Of a DNA stretch of 64,000 nucleotides, positions 26,280 to 40,262 are shown piece after piece. The DNA is from an uncultured Enterobacteriaceae bacterium (GTDB taxonomy: Bacteria > Pseudomonadota > Gammaproteobacteria > Burkholderiales > SG8-39), in the NCBI GenBank assembly GCA_964400745.1, contig CAYNVY010000003.1, positions 865 through 64,864 on the forward strand. The letters run 5' to 3'. The notes under the pieces are model-generated. The model worked only from the letters and a program-made list of their open reading frames with translations, was not told the DNA's origin and searched no databases. Position numbers and translations under genes: made by a program. How positions within the stretch are numbered: position 1 is the first letter of the stretch; the number at the start of each line of letters is the position of its first letter.

Positions 26280-27461
26280 CTATTGCGGCGCGGGGGGGTC
26301 TACGAGCAGTTTGAATTCGCTGAACGCCCCCGTGTTTTCCATCGACGGCGCCTGTTCCGGTTTCTTTTCTCCTGCGGCCGCGGTCGCAGCGCCCCCGTCG
26401 CTTTCGGACTGGTTCATCAGCCACATCAGGTTGGTGGCCGAATCGGCGTTGCCCAAGGCTTCCTCTTTGCTGATCAGTCCGTCCTTGTACATCTTGAACA
26501 GCGACTGTTCGAAGGTCTGCGAGCCGGGCGTCATGCTTTTTTCCATGGCGTCCTTGATTTCGCTGATTTCCCCTTTGTCTATCAGTTCCGCGGTGTAGCG
26601 GGTGTTGAGCAGCACTTCTACCGCCGCCGAGCGCCCGCCCTTGATGTTCTTGATCAGGCGCTGCGAGATCACGGCCTTGAGCGTCGCGGCCAGATCCTGC
26701 AGCAGCGACGGCCGGTTTTCCAGAGGATAAAAGCTGATGATGCGGTTCATCGCATGGTAGCTGTTGTTGGCGTGCAGCGTCGCCAGGCACAGGTGGCCGG
26801 ATTGCGCATAGGCGATCGCCGCCGCCATGGTGTCCTTGTCGCGAATCTCGCCGATCAGGATGCAGTCAGGCGCCTGGCGCAGCGCGTTCTTGAGCGCGAT
26901 CTTGAAATCCAGGGTATCGGTTCCGACTTCGCGCTGGTTGACGATGCATTTCTTGTTGGTGAAGATGAATTCGACCGGATCCTCCAGGGTAAGGATGTGT
27001 CCGGGCTTGGCCGCGTTGCGCAGGTCGAGCATGGCGGCGAGCGTGGTCGATTTCCCTGAGCCCGTTGCGCCCACCATCAGGATCAGGCCGCGCTTTTCCA
27101 TGATCACGTCCTTCAACACCTGCGGCACACCCAGGGTGTCGATATTGGGCACTTCGCCGGGGATGTAGCGCACCACGACGGCCGGAGTGTTCTTCTGGCG
27201 GAAGGCGCTGATGCGAAAGCTGCCGATTTCGGGCATAGCGAAGGCGGTGTTCAGCTCCAGAGTGTCCTCGTATTCCTTCTTCTGCTTGTCGTTGAGGACT
27301 TCGTACAGCAGGTTGGTGACGCTGGCCGAATCCATCACCTGCTGATTGACCGGCACGGCGGTGCCGTTGATCTTGATGTTGATCGGCGAGCCGACGGACA
27401 TGAAGATGTCGGAGGCTTTCTTCTCCGCCATCAACTGGAACAGACGTTTCATCGCAGACAT
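26280..27461 (-). CDS. pilU: PilT/PilU-family type IV pilus retraction ATPase (PilU-like), no pilT neighbour
   Basis: Walker A GATGSGKST, Walker B DCILIGEIRD, His box ATLHANN. The N-terminus MKRLFQLMAEKKASDIFMSVGSP is PilU-like. A strong SD (AGGAAGGAGAAA) links it to queF. Confidence 0.75.
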   Translation of the reverse strand: MSAMKRLFQLMAEKKASDIFMSVGSPINIKINGTAVPVNQQVMDSASVTNLLYEVLNDKQKKEYEDTLELNTAFAMPEIGSFRISAFRQKNTPAVVVRYIPGEVPNIDTLGVPQVLKDVIMEKRGLILMVGATGSGKSTTLAAMLDLRNAAKPGHILTLEDPVEFIFTNKKCIVNQREVGTDTLDFKIALKNALRQAPDCILIGEIRDKDTMAAAIAYAQSGHLCLATLHANNSYHAMNRIISFYPLENRPSLLQDLAATLKAVISQRLIKNIKGGRSAAVEVLLNTRYTAELIDKGEISEIKDAMEKSMTPGSQTFEQSLFKMYKDGLISKEEALGNADSATNLMWLMNQSESDGGAATAAAGEKKPEQAPSMENTGAFSEFKLLVDPPAPQ

Positions 27462-27486
27462 TACGCTTTCTCCTTCCTACCCAAAT

Positions 27487-27939
27487 TTACCGATTGCTCA
27501 TTGTCCCTGCGCGGGCGATCCCATCATTCGCGCAGGACGACTGATCGAGGCGCTGCAAGTCTACCGCGGCTTGCGGCCTCCAGCCTCGTTTCCGATGTTC
27601 GGCCACGACGGTCGTGAAAATGCCGCCGCGGACGTTGAATTGCGCGCGCAGGCGCATGAATCGCGGCCGCGCGGCAGCCGCCAGTTCGTCGAGCATGCGG
27701 TTGGTGACGGCCTCGTGGAACGCGCCCTGGTTGCGGTAGGACCAGACGTAGAGTTTGAGGTTTTTCAATTCCAGGCACTTGCGCTCCGGGATGTAGTCCA
27801 GCACCAGGTGCGCAAAATCCGGCTGGCCGGTCAGGGGGCAAAGGCAGGTAAATTCCGGAATCTCCATATGGATCAGGTAGTCGCGGCCGGGACTGGGATT
27901 GTCGAAGGTACGCAGTTCATTGCTGGGTTTGGCGGGCAT
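27487..27939 (-). CDS. queF: NADPH-dependent 7-cyano-7-deazaguanine (preQ0) reductase, type I
   Basis: These are the last 150 codons of the 982-aa minus-strand ORF: [64 protein letters not shown]... They carry the catalytic Cys (CPLTGQPDF) and the QueF motif E(L)K.LKLY. Confidence 0.85.
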   Translation of the reverse strand: MPAKPSNELRTFDNPSPGRDYLIHMEIPEFTCLCPLTGQPDFAHLVLDYIPERKCLELKNLKLYVWSYRNQGAFHEAVTNRMLDELAAAARPRFMRLRAQFNVRGGIFTTVVAEHRKRGWRPQAAVDLQRLDQSSCANDGIARAGTMSNR

Positions 27940-28038
27940 GCGGGGCTCGGAAAACAAAAGTAAGATGGTATTATATCGGCTGGCAAAAACTCCGAATAAA
28001 TCCGGTCGAAAACCGGTTTTCCAAGATAAGAAACCCCA

Positions 28039-31000
28039 GTGCGCCTGACCCAGATAAAGCTTGTAGGATTCAAATCCTTCGTTGACCCGACTTCGATCGA
28101 AGTGCCGGGCCAGCTCGTCGCCATCGTCGGTCCGAACGGTTGCGGCAAGTCCAACGTGATCGACGCCGTCCGCTGGGTGCTGGGCGAGTCGCGCGCGTCG
28201 GCGCTGCGCGGCGATTCGATGCAGGACGTGATCTTCAACGGATCGGCGCAGCGAAAGCCGGTGGCGCGCGCCAGTGTCGAACTTATGTTCGACAACAGCC
28301 TGGGCAAGGCCGCCGGGCAGTGGTCGCAATACGCCGAAATTTCGGTGAAGCGCGTATTGACGCGCGACGGCGAGTCCCTGTACTACATCAACAACAGCCA
28401 CGTGCGCCGGCGCGATATCACCGACATTTTCATGGGCACGGGCCTCGGGCCGCGCGCTTACGCCATCATCGAACAGGGCATGATCTCGCGCATCATCGAA
28501 GCCAAGCCGGAAGAACTGCGCGTGTTTCTGGAGGAGGCGGCGGGCATCTCCAAGTACAAGGAGCGGCGCCGCGAGACCGAGCACCGGCTGCACGACACGC
28601 GGGAGAACCTGTCGCGGGTGGCGGACATCTGCCAGGAACTTGCGCTGCAGATCGACAAGCTGGACCAGCAGGCCAAGGTGGCGATGCAGTTCAAGGAGTT
28701 GCAGGGCGATATGCAGCGCAAGCAGAACCTGCTCTGGCTGCTGCGCAAGATGGAGGCCGACAACGAGGCGCAGCGCCATGCGCGCGAGATCGAGCGCGCG
28801 ACGAACGACCTCGAAGCCGAGACGGCGAACCTGCGCGAGATAGAAAAGCGCCTGGAAGAAGTTCGCGGCCTGCATTACGAGGCGGGAGACACATTGAGCG
28901 GCGCGCAGGGCGAACTGTATGCGGCCAACGCCGAGGTCCAGCGCCTGGAAACCGAAATCCGCTATATCAACGAGAATCGCGCCCGCCTCGAAAGCCAGAT
29001 TGCAAAGCTGACCGCGCAGAGCGGGCAGTGGCAGCAGCAGGCGAGCGAGTTGAGCGCTGCGCTCGACATGTGGCAGGGGCGGCAGGGGGGGGCTGGCGAA
29101 AGGCTGCAACTGGCGCGCGACCGGGTCGCGCTCGACTCGGCCAAGCTGCCCGAGGCGGATCAGGCTTTCCGCGCTATCCAGTCCCGGCTTTCGGGCGAGC
29201 GCAGCGGCTTGGCGCAGGCGGAGCAGGCGCTGAGGATAGAGCAGACCCATATCAGCCATGCAAACAAGACCCTGCAGGGCCTGGCCTTGCGCCAGGAGCG
29301 CTTGCTTTCCGAGCACCAGGGACTGGCCAAACCGGATTCGGCCGCGATCGAAGCGCAGCAGAGCGAGATCGCCGAATTGTCCGAGCAGCTTGCGCGCAAG
29401 GAGGCGCAGCTTGCGTCGCAACTGCAACAGTTGCCTGAACTGAATAGCGCGCGCCGCACCGCCCAGGAAAAGCTGGATGCGCAGCAGCGGGAGCAGGCCG
29501 GCTTGGAGTCGCGCCTGGCGACGCTGAAGCAGGTGCAGGACCAGGTCGAGAGCAATGCACAGATCCACGAATGGCTGATCCAGCACAACCTGGATTCGCT
29601 GCCGCGCTTGTGGCAGCAGGTCAGAGTAGAGATCGGGTGGGAAACAGCGTTCGAGGCAGTGCTGCGCGAGAAACTGCACGCGGTGGAAGTGTCGCAAGCC
29701 GAATTGCTGCAGAGCATGCTGGCGGATGCGCCGCCGGCCAAGCTCAGCGTTTTCGCAGCCACCACGGTAGTTCAGGATCCGGCGCTCGACGGATTGCGGC
29801 CTTTGGCCTCGCTGCTGGGCATTCACGACGAAGCCGTGCGCGGCGTGATGCAGGATTGGCTGCACGGCGTGTATGCAGTCGAAACTGCACCCGACGCGCG
29901 GGCCAGGCAGGCGCTGCCCCCGGGCATCATTCTGGTCAATCGGGACGGGCATCAATTCTCGCGCAGTGCGGTCAGTTTTCACGCGCCGGATCCGGGGGAT
30001 ACCGGCATCCTGGCGCGGCAGCGCGAAATCGAGGACCTGAGCGCCCAATTGAGCGCGCGCGAAGGCGCGCTGCGCCAGGCGCGAACCGAACAAAGCGTGG
30101 TCGAATCGGCGCTGGGCGGGCATAGCCAGCGCCTGGCGACGTTGCGCCAGGAAGCGGCTGCGTTCAAGCAGCAAGTGCACGAGCAGCAAATGGAAAGCCT
30201 CAAGCTTTCCCAAGGGCTGGAGCGCTACCAGGAACGCAGCCGGCAAATCCAGTTGGAGATGGATGAAATATCGCATCAGCAGGAAATAGAGCAGTCCGCC
30301 CAGGTCGCTGCCGAGGCCAGCCTGGCCGAACAGCAGCAGGTCATGGAGGAAGCGAGCGCAAGGGTGCGGGCTGCCGAGGAGGCGCACAAGCAGGCGGAAG
30401 ATGCGTTGAACGCGCAGCGCCAAGCCTTGCAGCAAGCCGAGTACGAAGAGCAGCAGTCAGTATTCTATGAAAAGGAATGCTCTTCTAAAATCAATGAAAT
30501 AAATACTTCTATTAAAGTAATACTTGAGCAAACAAGCGGTGCGGAAAATCAGCTTGAGCAGTTGAAAGCGGAACTGTCCGTGCAGCAGGACCAGGACTTG
30601 AAGCTGCGCTTGCAAACGCACCTGGAATTGCGGGTGCAGCGCGAGCAGGCGCTGAGCGAGGCGCGCTCCCGGCAGGAGGAATTGGCGCAGGCGCTGCGCA
30701 GCGCCGAGGATGAACGCGTGGTGTGCGAGCAGAAATTGGAGCCATTACGCAACCGAATCAACGATCTGCGCTTGAAAGAGCAGGCGGCGCGGCTCAACAA
30801 GGAGCAATACGCCAATCAGCTGTTCGAGGCCGGGGCGGACGAAGAGACGCTTGCGGCCATGCTGGAAAAAGGCATGCGGCCCAATGCCTTGCAGGTGGAG
30901 ATCAACCGTTTGTCGCAGGCGATAACGGATCTCGGAGCGGTCAACATGGCCGCGCTGGAGGAGTTGGAGACCAGCCGCGAGCGCAAGGGTTTTCTCGACG

Positions 31001-31554
31001 CCCAGGCGGTCGATCTGAATACCGCGCTGGAAACACTAGAGGCCGCTATCCGCCGCATCGACCGCGAAACGCGAGAGATGCTGCAGCAGACCTTCGACAC
31101 GGTGAACGGGCATTTCGGTCAATTGTTTCCCAGCCTGTTCGGCGGGGGGGAAGCGCGCCTGCTCATGACGGGCGAGGAGATTCTCGACGCGGGGGTGCAG
31201 GTGATCGCACAACCGCCGGGCAAGAAGACTTCCACCATCCACCTGCTTTCGGGCGGCGAGAAGGCGCTCACCGCGCTGGCGCTGGTGTTTTCCATGTTCC
31301 AGCTCAATCCGGCACCGTTCTGCCTGCTGGACGAGGTGGACGCGCCGCTGGACGACTCGAACACTGAGCGCTTCTGCGATCTGGTGAAGCGCATGTCGGC
31401 CGAAACCCAGTTCCTCTACATCAGCCACAACAAGATCACCATGGAGATGGCGGCGCAGCTGGTCGGCGTGACCATGCAGGAGTCCGGCGTGTCGCGCGTG
31501 GTCGCGGTCGACATCGAGGAAGCGCTGCGGCTGAAGGAGGATCTGGCCGCATGA
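28039..31554 (+). CDS. smc: Chromosome partition protein Smc
   Basis: 1171 aa, GTG start. Walker [10 protein letters not shown], long coiled coils, C-terminal [13 protein letters not shown] and Walker [12 protein letters not shown]. Confidence 0.95.
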   Translation: MRLTQIKLVGFKSFVDPTSIEVPGQLVAIVGPNGCGKSNVIDAVRWVLGESRASALRGDSMQDVIFNGSAQRKPVARASVELMFDNSLGKAAGQWSQYAEISVKRVLTRDGESLYYINNSHVRRRDITDIFMGTGLGPRAYAIIEQGMISRIIEAKPEELRVFLEEAAGISKYKERRRETEHRLHDTRENLSRVADICQELALQIDKLDQQAKVAMQFKELQGDMQRKQNLLWLLRKMEADNEAQRHAREIERATNDLEAETANLREIEKRLEEVRGLHYEAGDTLSGAQGELYAANAEVQRLETEIRYINENRARLESQIAKLTAQSGQWQQQASELSAALDMWQGRQGGAGERLQLARDRVALDSAKLPEADQAFRAIQSRLSGERSGLAQAEQALRIEQTHISHANKTLQGLALRQERLLSEHQGLAKPDSAAIEAQQSEIAELSEQLARKEAQLASQLQQLPELNSARRTAQEKLDAQQREQAGLESRLATLKQVQDQVESNAQIHEWLIQHNLDSLPRLWQQVRVEIGWETAFEAVLREKLHAVEVSQAELLQSMLADAPPAKLSVFAATTVVQDPALDGLRPLASLLGIHDEAVRGVMQDWLHGVYAVETAPDARARQALPPGIILVNRDGHQFSRSAVSFHAPDPGDTGILARQREIEDLSAQLSAREGALRQARTEQSVVESALGGHSQRLATLRQEAAAFKQQVHEQQMESLKLSQGLERYQERSRQIQLEMDEISHQQEIEQSAQVAAEASLAEQQQVMEEASARVRAAEEAHKQAEDALNAQRQALQQAEYEEQQSVFYEKECSSKINEINTSIKVILEQTSGAENQLEQLKAELSVQQDQDLKLRLQTHLELRVQREQALSEARSRQEELAQALRSAEDERVVCEQKLEPLRNRINDLRLKEQAARLNKEQYANQLFEAGADEETLAAMLEKGMRPNALQVEINRLSQAITDLGAVNMAALEELETSRERKGFLDAQAVDLNTALETLEAAIRRIDRETREMLQQTFDTVNGHFGQLFPSLFGGGEARLLMTGEEILDAGVQVIAQPPGKKTSTIHLLSGGEKALTALALVFSMFQLNPAPFCLLDEVDAPLDDSNTERFCDLVKRMSAETQFLYISHNKITMEMAAQLVGVTMQESGVSRVVAVDIEEALRLKEDLAA

Positions 31555-31689
31555 GCCTAGGAGCAGGGGCCACGCGAAGCGGGGATGCGACCCGGGCGAA
31601 TGCGGCCGGACGCCGACAGTACGGTTTTTGTATAGCGTTATTCGCACGGAGGCGGTGCGCATGAGCACGGACGCAAGGAGGCGGCGCCA

Positions 31690-31695
<6 letters not shown>
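31549..31695 (+). repeat. Intergenic cassette copy A (smc/zipA spacer), homologous to 62237-62354; contains a GNA-triloop hairpin (31570-31584) and a duplicated SD+ATGAGC module
   Basis: Shared blocks CATGAGC, GGAGCAGGGGCC, GGGGATGCGACC, GCCGACAGT and (A/C)GGAGGCGG.GCG..ATGAGC. About 56 of 72 core positions are identical by hand alignment. Confidence 0.85.
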
Positions 31696-35635
<3,940 letters not shown>

Positions 35636-35650
35636 ACGCGGCGGCGCTGC

Positions 35651-36205
35651 ATGGACCGGACGGCACAGGCTTGGAGGATTCTCGACGCTGCGGAGTTGAT
35701 CCACAGCGCTGCGGCCGTGGACGCAGCGATCGCGCGCGTCGCCGCGGCGATCACGGCGCAACTGGGAGACCGATATCCGCTGGTGCTGTCGGTAATGGGC
35801 GGGGCGGTCGTCTTCACCGGCCGCATCCTGCCGCTGCTGAACTTCCCCCTCGATTTCGATTACATCCACGCCTCGCGCTACGGCGCCGCCACCAGCGGCG
35901 GACGGGTCGAGTGGATCGTGGAACCCACCGGCAACGTCGCGGGCAGGGTGGTGCTGGTGCTGGACGATATATTGGACATCGGCGATACCATGCTGGCGAT
36001 TCGCGAGCGGGTGCTCGGACTTGGCGCAATCGCGTTCTACAGCGCCGTGCTCACCGACAAGGCCAAGGCGACGGCCAAGCCGATCAACGCGGATTTCGTC
36101 GGGCTTTCGCTGCCGGATCGCTATGTGTTCGGCTGCGGCATGGATGCGCACGGTATCTGGCGCAACCTGCCGGCCATCTACGCGATGAAAGACGGGCGCG
36201 AATGA
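35651..36205 (+). CDS. hpt: Hypoxanthine-guanine phosphoribosyltransferase family protein
   Basis: 184 aa. PRPP-binding motif VVLVLDDILDIGDTM and GCGMD near the C-terminus. Confidence 0.75.
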   Translation: MDRTAQAWRILDAAELIHSAAAVDAAIARVAAAITAQLGDRYPLVLSVMGGAVVFTGRILPLLNFPLDFDYIHASRYGAATSGGRVEWIVEPTGNVAGRVVLVLDDILDIGDTMLAIRERVLGLGAIAFYSAVLTDKAKATAKPINADFVGLSLPDRYVFGCGMDAHGIWRNLPAIYAMKDGRE

Positions 36206-36338
36206 AGGAAATCAGGGTGAAAAACCAAGCCGCGCCATCGCCATCGCCAGCACCAGCACCGGGCCTGGCCGGCCGTGCTAGTATCTGCGCCGCAAAAACG
36301 CCGGCGCCGTACCGACCACCTGTCCACCCACACACCCC

Positions 36339-37079
36339 ATGCTAGCGATCATCGGCGGCAGCGGCCTCACCCAGCTGTCCAATCTGGATGTCACGCACCG
36401 CCTCGCGGTGCGCACGCCCTACGGCGAACCTTCCGGCGCCTTGACCTTCGGGCGCATCGCCGGAGCGGATGTCGTGTTTCTGGCGCGGCACGGCTATGGA
36501 CATACGATTCCTCCGCATGAGGTGAATTACCGCGCGAATATCTGGGCTTTGAAGGAACAGAAGGTGGAGGGCGTGATCTCGGTCGCTTCGGTGGGTGGGA
36601 TACGCGCCGACATGGCGCCCGGGGTCATTGCCGTGCCGCACCAGATCATCGACTACACCTGGGGCAGGAAGAACACTTATTTCGAGGGGGGCGAGCAGCC
36701 GGTTACGCATATCGATTTTACCGAGCCGTATTCGGCGCAGCTGCGCTCGCGCATTCTCGAAGCGGCAGGGACCTGCGGCGAAGCCGTGGTCGGGGACTCG
36801 GTCTACGCCACGAGCCAGGGCCCGCGCCTGGAGACTGCGGCGGAAATCGACCGCCTCGAACGCGATGGCGCCGACGTGGTGGGCATGACCGGCATGCCAG
36901 AGGCGGCGCTGGCGCGGGAACTGGAAATGGACTACGCCACGATCGCCGTCGTCGCCAATTCCGCAGCGGGACGGGCAGGCAGCCTGCACGGCATTCGCCT
37001 GGAGCAGATCGAGCAGGTACTGCGGGAATCGCTGGCGCGGGTGAGGCGCATCATAGAGGGCGTGGTGGCCGGGAAATGA
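36339..37079 (+). CDS. mtnP: S-methyl-5'-thioinosine/methylthioadenosine phosphorylase (MTAP family)
   Basis: [47 protein letters not shown] and [14 protein letters not shown] closely resemble the Pseudomonas MTI phosphorylase. It sits next to hpt, as in that organism. Confidence 0.8.
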   Translation: MLAIIGGSGLTQLSNLDVTHRLAVRTPYGEPSGALTFGRIAGADVVFLARHGYGHTIPPHEVNYRANIWALKEQKVEGVISVASVGGIRADMAPGVIAVPHQIIDYTWGRKNTYFEGGEQPVTHIDFTEPYSAQLRSRILEAAGTCGEAVVGDSVYATSQGPRLETAAEIDRLERDGADVVGMTGMPEAALARELEMDYATIAVVANSAAGRAGSLHGIRLEQIEQVLRESLARVRRIIEGVVAGK

Positions 37080-37606
37080 TACGCGAAGTGCTGAAAATGG
37101 GCGATCCGCGGCTGCTGCAAGAGGCGCAGCCGCTGCAAGGGTTTGACACCCCCGAACTGCAGGCGCTGTTGACCGATATGCGCGACACCATGGCCCATCT
37201 CAGCGGGGCGGGGCTGGCGGCGCCGCAGATCGGCGTCGGATTGCAGGTGGTAATTTTCGGCGTTGCCAAGAACCCGCGCTACCCGGATGCCGAGGAAGTT
37301 CCGGATACGGTGCTCATCAACCCGGTGCTGACCCCTCTCTCGGACGAGATGGAGGAAGACTGGGAGGGGTGCCTGTCGGTGCCCGGCTTGCGCGGCATGG
37401 TTCCGCGCCACACGCGGCTGCGCTACCAGGGCTTCGACGAGAAAGGCCATGCCATCGATCGCAGCGTCGGCGGTTTTCACGCCCGCGTGGTGCAGCATGA
37501 ATGCGACCACCTGCTCGGAATTTTGTACCCGATGCGCATACGCGACCTGCGCAACTTCGGTTTCAACGGCGCCTTGTTTCCAGGCGAGGAAATGCTGGAC
37601 GAGTAG
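37076..37606 (+). CDS. def: Peptide deformylase
   Basis: Motifs [16 protein letters not shown] and HECDHLLG. Confidence 0.9.
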   Translation: MIREVLKMGDPRLLQEAQPLQGFDTPELQALLTDMRDTMAHLSGAGLAAPQIGVGLQVVIFGVAKNPRYPDAEEVPDTVLINPVLTPLSDEMEEDWEGCLSVPGLRGMVPRHTRLRYQGFDEKGHAIDRSVGGFHARVVQHECDHLLGILYPMRIRDLRNFGFNGALFPGEEMLDE

Positions 37607-37676
37607 CGCTCGCCGGGATTGAGACTCGGCTCGAAAAAGTCCTGCGCCCAAGGACGCGGATCAAAAGGGGCGCGGA

Positions 37677-40262
37677 TCAATTCAGCTTCAGCGCCTCGAT
37701 CAGGTCTCGTTCCAGTTGCAGCACGGTATTGGGCTTCTCCAGTGCCGAGCCCGAGATCAGAAATACGTCTTCGGCGCGCTCGCCCAGGGTCACGATCTTG
37801 GCCGTAATCAAATTGACCTCGTACTTTCCGAGCACGCGCGCGATCGCATAGAGCAGCCCGGGACGGTCGCCGGCGATGATGGACAGCGCGTGGCTCGCGC
37901 CTTTTTCGTCGGGCCGGATGTTGACTTCGGGCGTGATCGGGAAATGCCGCAGCTGGCGCGACACCCTGCCGCGGGTAGGCGCATGCAGCGGGGCCTGGCT
38001 TTGCAGCCTCTCCGCGAGTTCGGTCTCGATCAGGTTGATCATGTCGCGGTAATGCGGGTTGCTGCCCGTCCCTAGGAGCAGGAAGGTATCGAGCGCGAAG
38101 CCGTGGCGCGTGGTGTGGATGCGGGCATCGGCGATACTGTAATTGATCTGTTCGAAATAGCCGCAGATGCGCGCGAACAGATCGCGCTGGTCGCGGGTAT
38201 AGATCATGACCTGCAGCCCTTCGCCGATGGGCGAGAGCCGGGCTTTCACCACCGGTTTGTCGGTATCCGCACGGTAGTGCAGGGTGCGCGTTTGCCAGGC
38301 GATGTCCTGCGCATCATGGCGCAGGAAATACGCCACATCCAGCTGGCTCCACAGTTTGTTCTTGACCTCGTCCGACAGCGCGTACAGGCGCAGCAGGCGC
38401 AGCGCTTCGTCCTGCTTTGCCTGAATGTCCTGCTCGAAGCCGATTCCGTCACCGCGCAGCAGGCGCCGCGCGAGCAGGAAAAGGTCTTCCAGCAATTTGC
38501 CTTTCCAGGCATTCCACACCGTGGGGCTGGTGCCGCGGACATCGGCGACGGTCAGCAGGTACAAGGCCGTCAGCCAGCGCTCCGACTTCAGCGTGGCTGC
38601 AAACGCCTTGATCGTGTCCGGGTCGGAAAGATCCTGCTTTTGCGCCACAGATGACATGGTCAGGTGATGCTTCACCAGGAATACCACCAGTTCCGTATCC
38701 TCTCGCACGATGCCATGCGCGCGGCAGAAGCTGCGCGCATCCTGCATGCCCATGCTGGAGTGATCGCCGCCGCGGCCCTTCGCAATGTCGTGGAACAGCG
38801 CAGCCACATACAGCAGCCAGTGGCGCTCGAAACCGGCCATGAGACGGCTGCACTGCGGATACTCATGGGAAAACTCGACCATGGTGAAGCGGCGCAGGTT
38901 GCGAACCACGGTCAGGATGTGCTGGTCCACGGTGTAGGCGTGGAACAGGTCGTATTGCATCTGCCCGACGATTTTCCCGAAAGCGGGGAGATAGCGTCCA
39001 AGGATGGAATACTGGTTCATGCGGCGCAGTTCGTGCACCACGCCTCGCGGCTGCTGCAGGATTTGCAGGAACAGCGCACGATTGGCCGGGTCGCGCCGGA
39101 AGCGGCTATCGATGCGCGCCCTGGCGCGCCAGAGCGCGCGCAGCGTCGCGGCGCTCATCCCCTTTAACTCGGGGTGCTGCTGCAGCAGCAGGAAGCTTTC
39201 CAGGATAGCTTTCGGCTGGCGTTCGAACAGTTCTGGATCGCGCGCTTCGAGCAGTTCATGCGCGGACTGGAAGCGCTCGTTGAGCGGCTCGGACAGGCTG
39301 TCTTCCCGCGAAAACAGTTCCACGGCGATGTTTTGCAGCAGCAGGGCATTGAGCTGGGTGACAGCCTTGGCTGTGCGGTAGTAGCGCTGCATCAGTTGTT
39401 CGCTGGCGCGCTTGGTCGGCGTGTCCCTATAACCAAACTGCGCGGCGAGGCCCGCCTGATAATCGAATAGCAGGCGGTCTTCGCGCCGGCCTGCGGCATA
39501 GTGGAGGCGAATGCGTATTTCGTTCAGAAACTTCTGATGACGGCCCAGCTGGCGCGCCTCGACCGCGGTGATCAGGCCGCGCGCGGTCAGGTCCATCCAG
39601 TTTCTGCCCAGGCCGGCGGTTCGGCTGATCCAGAGTATCGCCTGCAGGTCGCGCAGTCCGCCCGGCGCCTCCTTCAGATTGGGTTCCAGGCTGTACGGGC
39701 TGTCCTGGTATTTGCCGTGGCGTTGCTCCTGTTCCAGCCGCTTTGACTGAAAAAAAGCCTGCGGATTGAGTTGCTTGCGCATGGCGCTCGCAAACGCGGC
39801 GAACAGGCTGCGGCTTCCGGCCAGCCATCTCGCTTCGAGCAGGCTGGTTTGTACCGTGATGTCCTTGTCCGACTCGGAGAGGCATTCGCTGATGGTGCGG
39901 ACGCCGTGGCCGGGCTCTAGCCCGGCATCCCAGAGGCTGCCGATCAAAGCTTCAAGCTTGTTTTTCAGACCGGCATCGGGCTCACCCGGCAGGAGCACCA
40001 GCAAATCGACATCGGAGTGGGGAAAAAGCTCTCCGCGCCCGTATCCCCCCACGGCCGCAATCACGAGCGAACTGGGCAGCCCGGCTTCGGTCCAGATGCT
40101 TCTCAGCGTGCGATCTATGAGCAGCCGGTGCTGCCGCAGCGCGTTGAGCGCCTTGCCGTCTCTGGCGAACCGCTCGCGCAGTTCGATGCGGCCGGCTTGC
40201 AGGCGTTCTCGCAGGCCGACAAGGGAAGGCGCGCGATCTGGCGCCAGCGGCGCACCGGGCAT
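37677..40262 (-). CDS. glnD: Bifunctional [protein-PII] uridylyltransferase/uridylyl-removing enzyme
   Basis: Trimmed to ATG 40262, which overlaps the map stop by 1 nt. Nucleotidyltransferase motif GGYGRGELFPHSDVDLLVL, an HD domain (LFHDIAKGRGGDHS) and two C-terminal ACT-like regions. The map-glnD adjacency is conserved. Confidence 0.9.
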   Translation of the reverse strand: MPGAPLAPDRAPSLVGLRERLQAGRIELRERFARDGKALNALRQHRLLIDRTLRSIWTEAGLPSSLVIAAVGGYGRGELFPHSDVDLLVLLPGEPDAGLKNKLEALIGSLWDAGLEPGHGVRTISECLSESDKDITVQTSLLEARWLAGSRSLFAAFASAMRKQLNPQAFFQSKRLEQEQRHGKYQDSPYSLEPNLKEAPGGLRDLQAILWISRTAGLGRNWMDLTARGLITAVEARQLGRHQKFLNEIRIRLHYAAGRREDRLLFDYQAGLAAQFGYRDTPTKRASEQLMQRYYRTAKAVTQLNALLLQNIAVELFSREDSLSEPLNERFQSAHELLEARDPELFERQPKAILESFLLLQQHPELKGMSAATLRALWRARARIDSRFRRDPANRALFLQILQQPRGVVHELRRMNQYSILGRYLPAFGKIVGQMQYDLFHAYTVDQHILTVVRNLRRFTMVEFSHEYPQCSRLMAGFERHWLLYVAALFHDIAKGRGGDHSSMGMQDARSFCRAHGIVREDTELVVFLVKHHLTMSSVAQKQDLSDPDTIKAFAATLKSERWLTALYLLTVADVRGTSPTVWNAWKGKLLEDLFLLARRLLRGDGIGFEQDIQAKQDEALRLLRLYALSDEVKNKLWSQLDVAYFLRHDAQDIAWQTRTLHYRADTDKPVVKARLSPIGEGLQVMIYTRDQRDLFARICGYFEQINYSIADARIHTTRHGFALDTFLLLGTGSNPHYRDMINLIETELAERLQSQAPLHAPTRGRVSRQLRHFPITPEVNIRPDEKGASHALSIIAGDRPGLLYAIARVLGKYEVNLITAKIVTLGERAEDVFLISGSALEKPNTVLQLERDLIEALKLN

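Noticed and set aside
27940-28038. Possible preQ1 riboswitch upstream of queF, and the small hairpin CCGGT-CGAAA-ACCGG-TTTT
   Set aside because: The minus-strand leader of queF shows no preQ1-type stem followed by an A-rich tail or CCC...TAAAAAACTA pattern. The plus-strand hairpin is only 5 bp and lies in a divergent promoter region.
27940-30435. Upstream 830 codons of the 982-aa minus-strand ORF 27487-30435
   Set aside because: This is the antisense shadow of smc, with low-complexity Leu/Arg/Gln/Ala content. Only the last 150 codons (queF, 27487-27939) look like a real protein.
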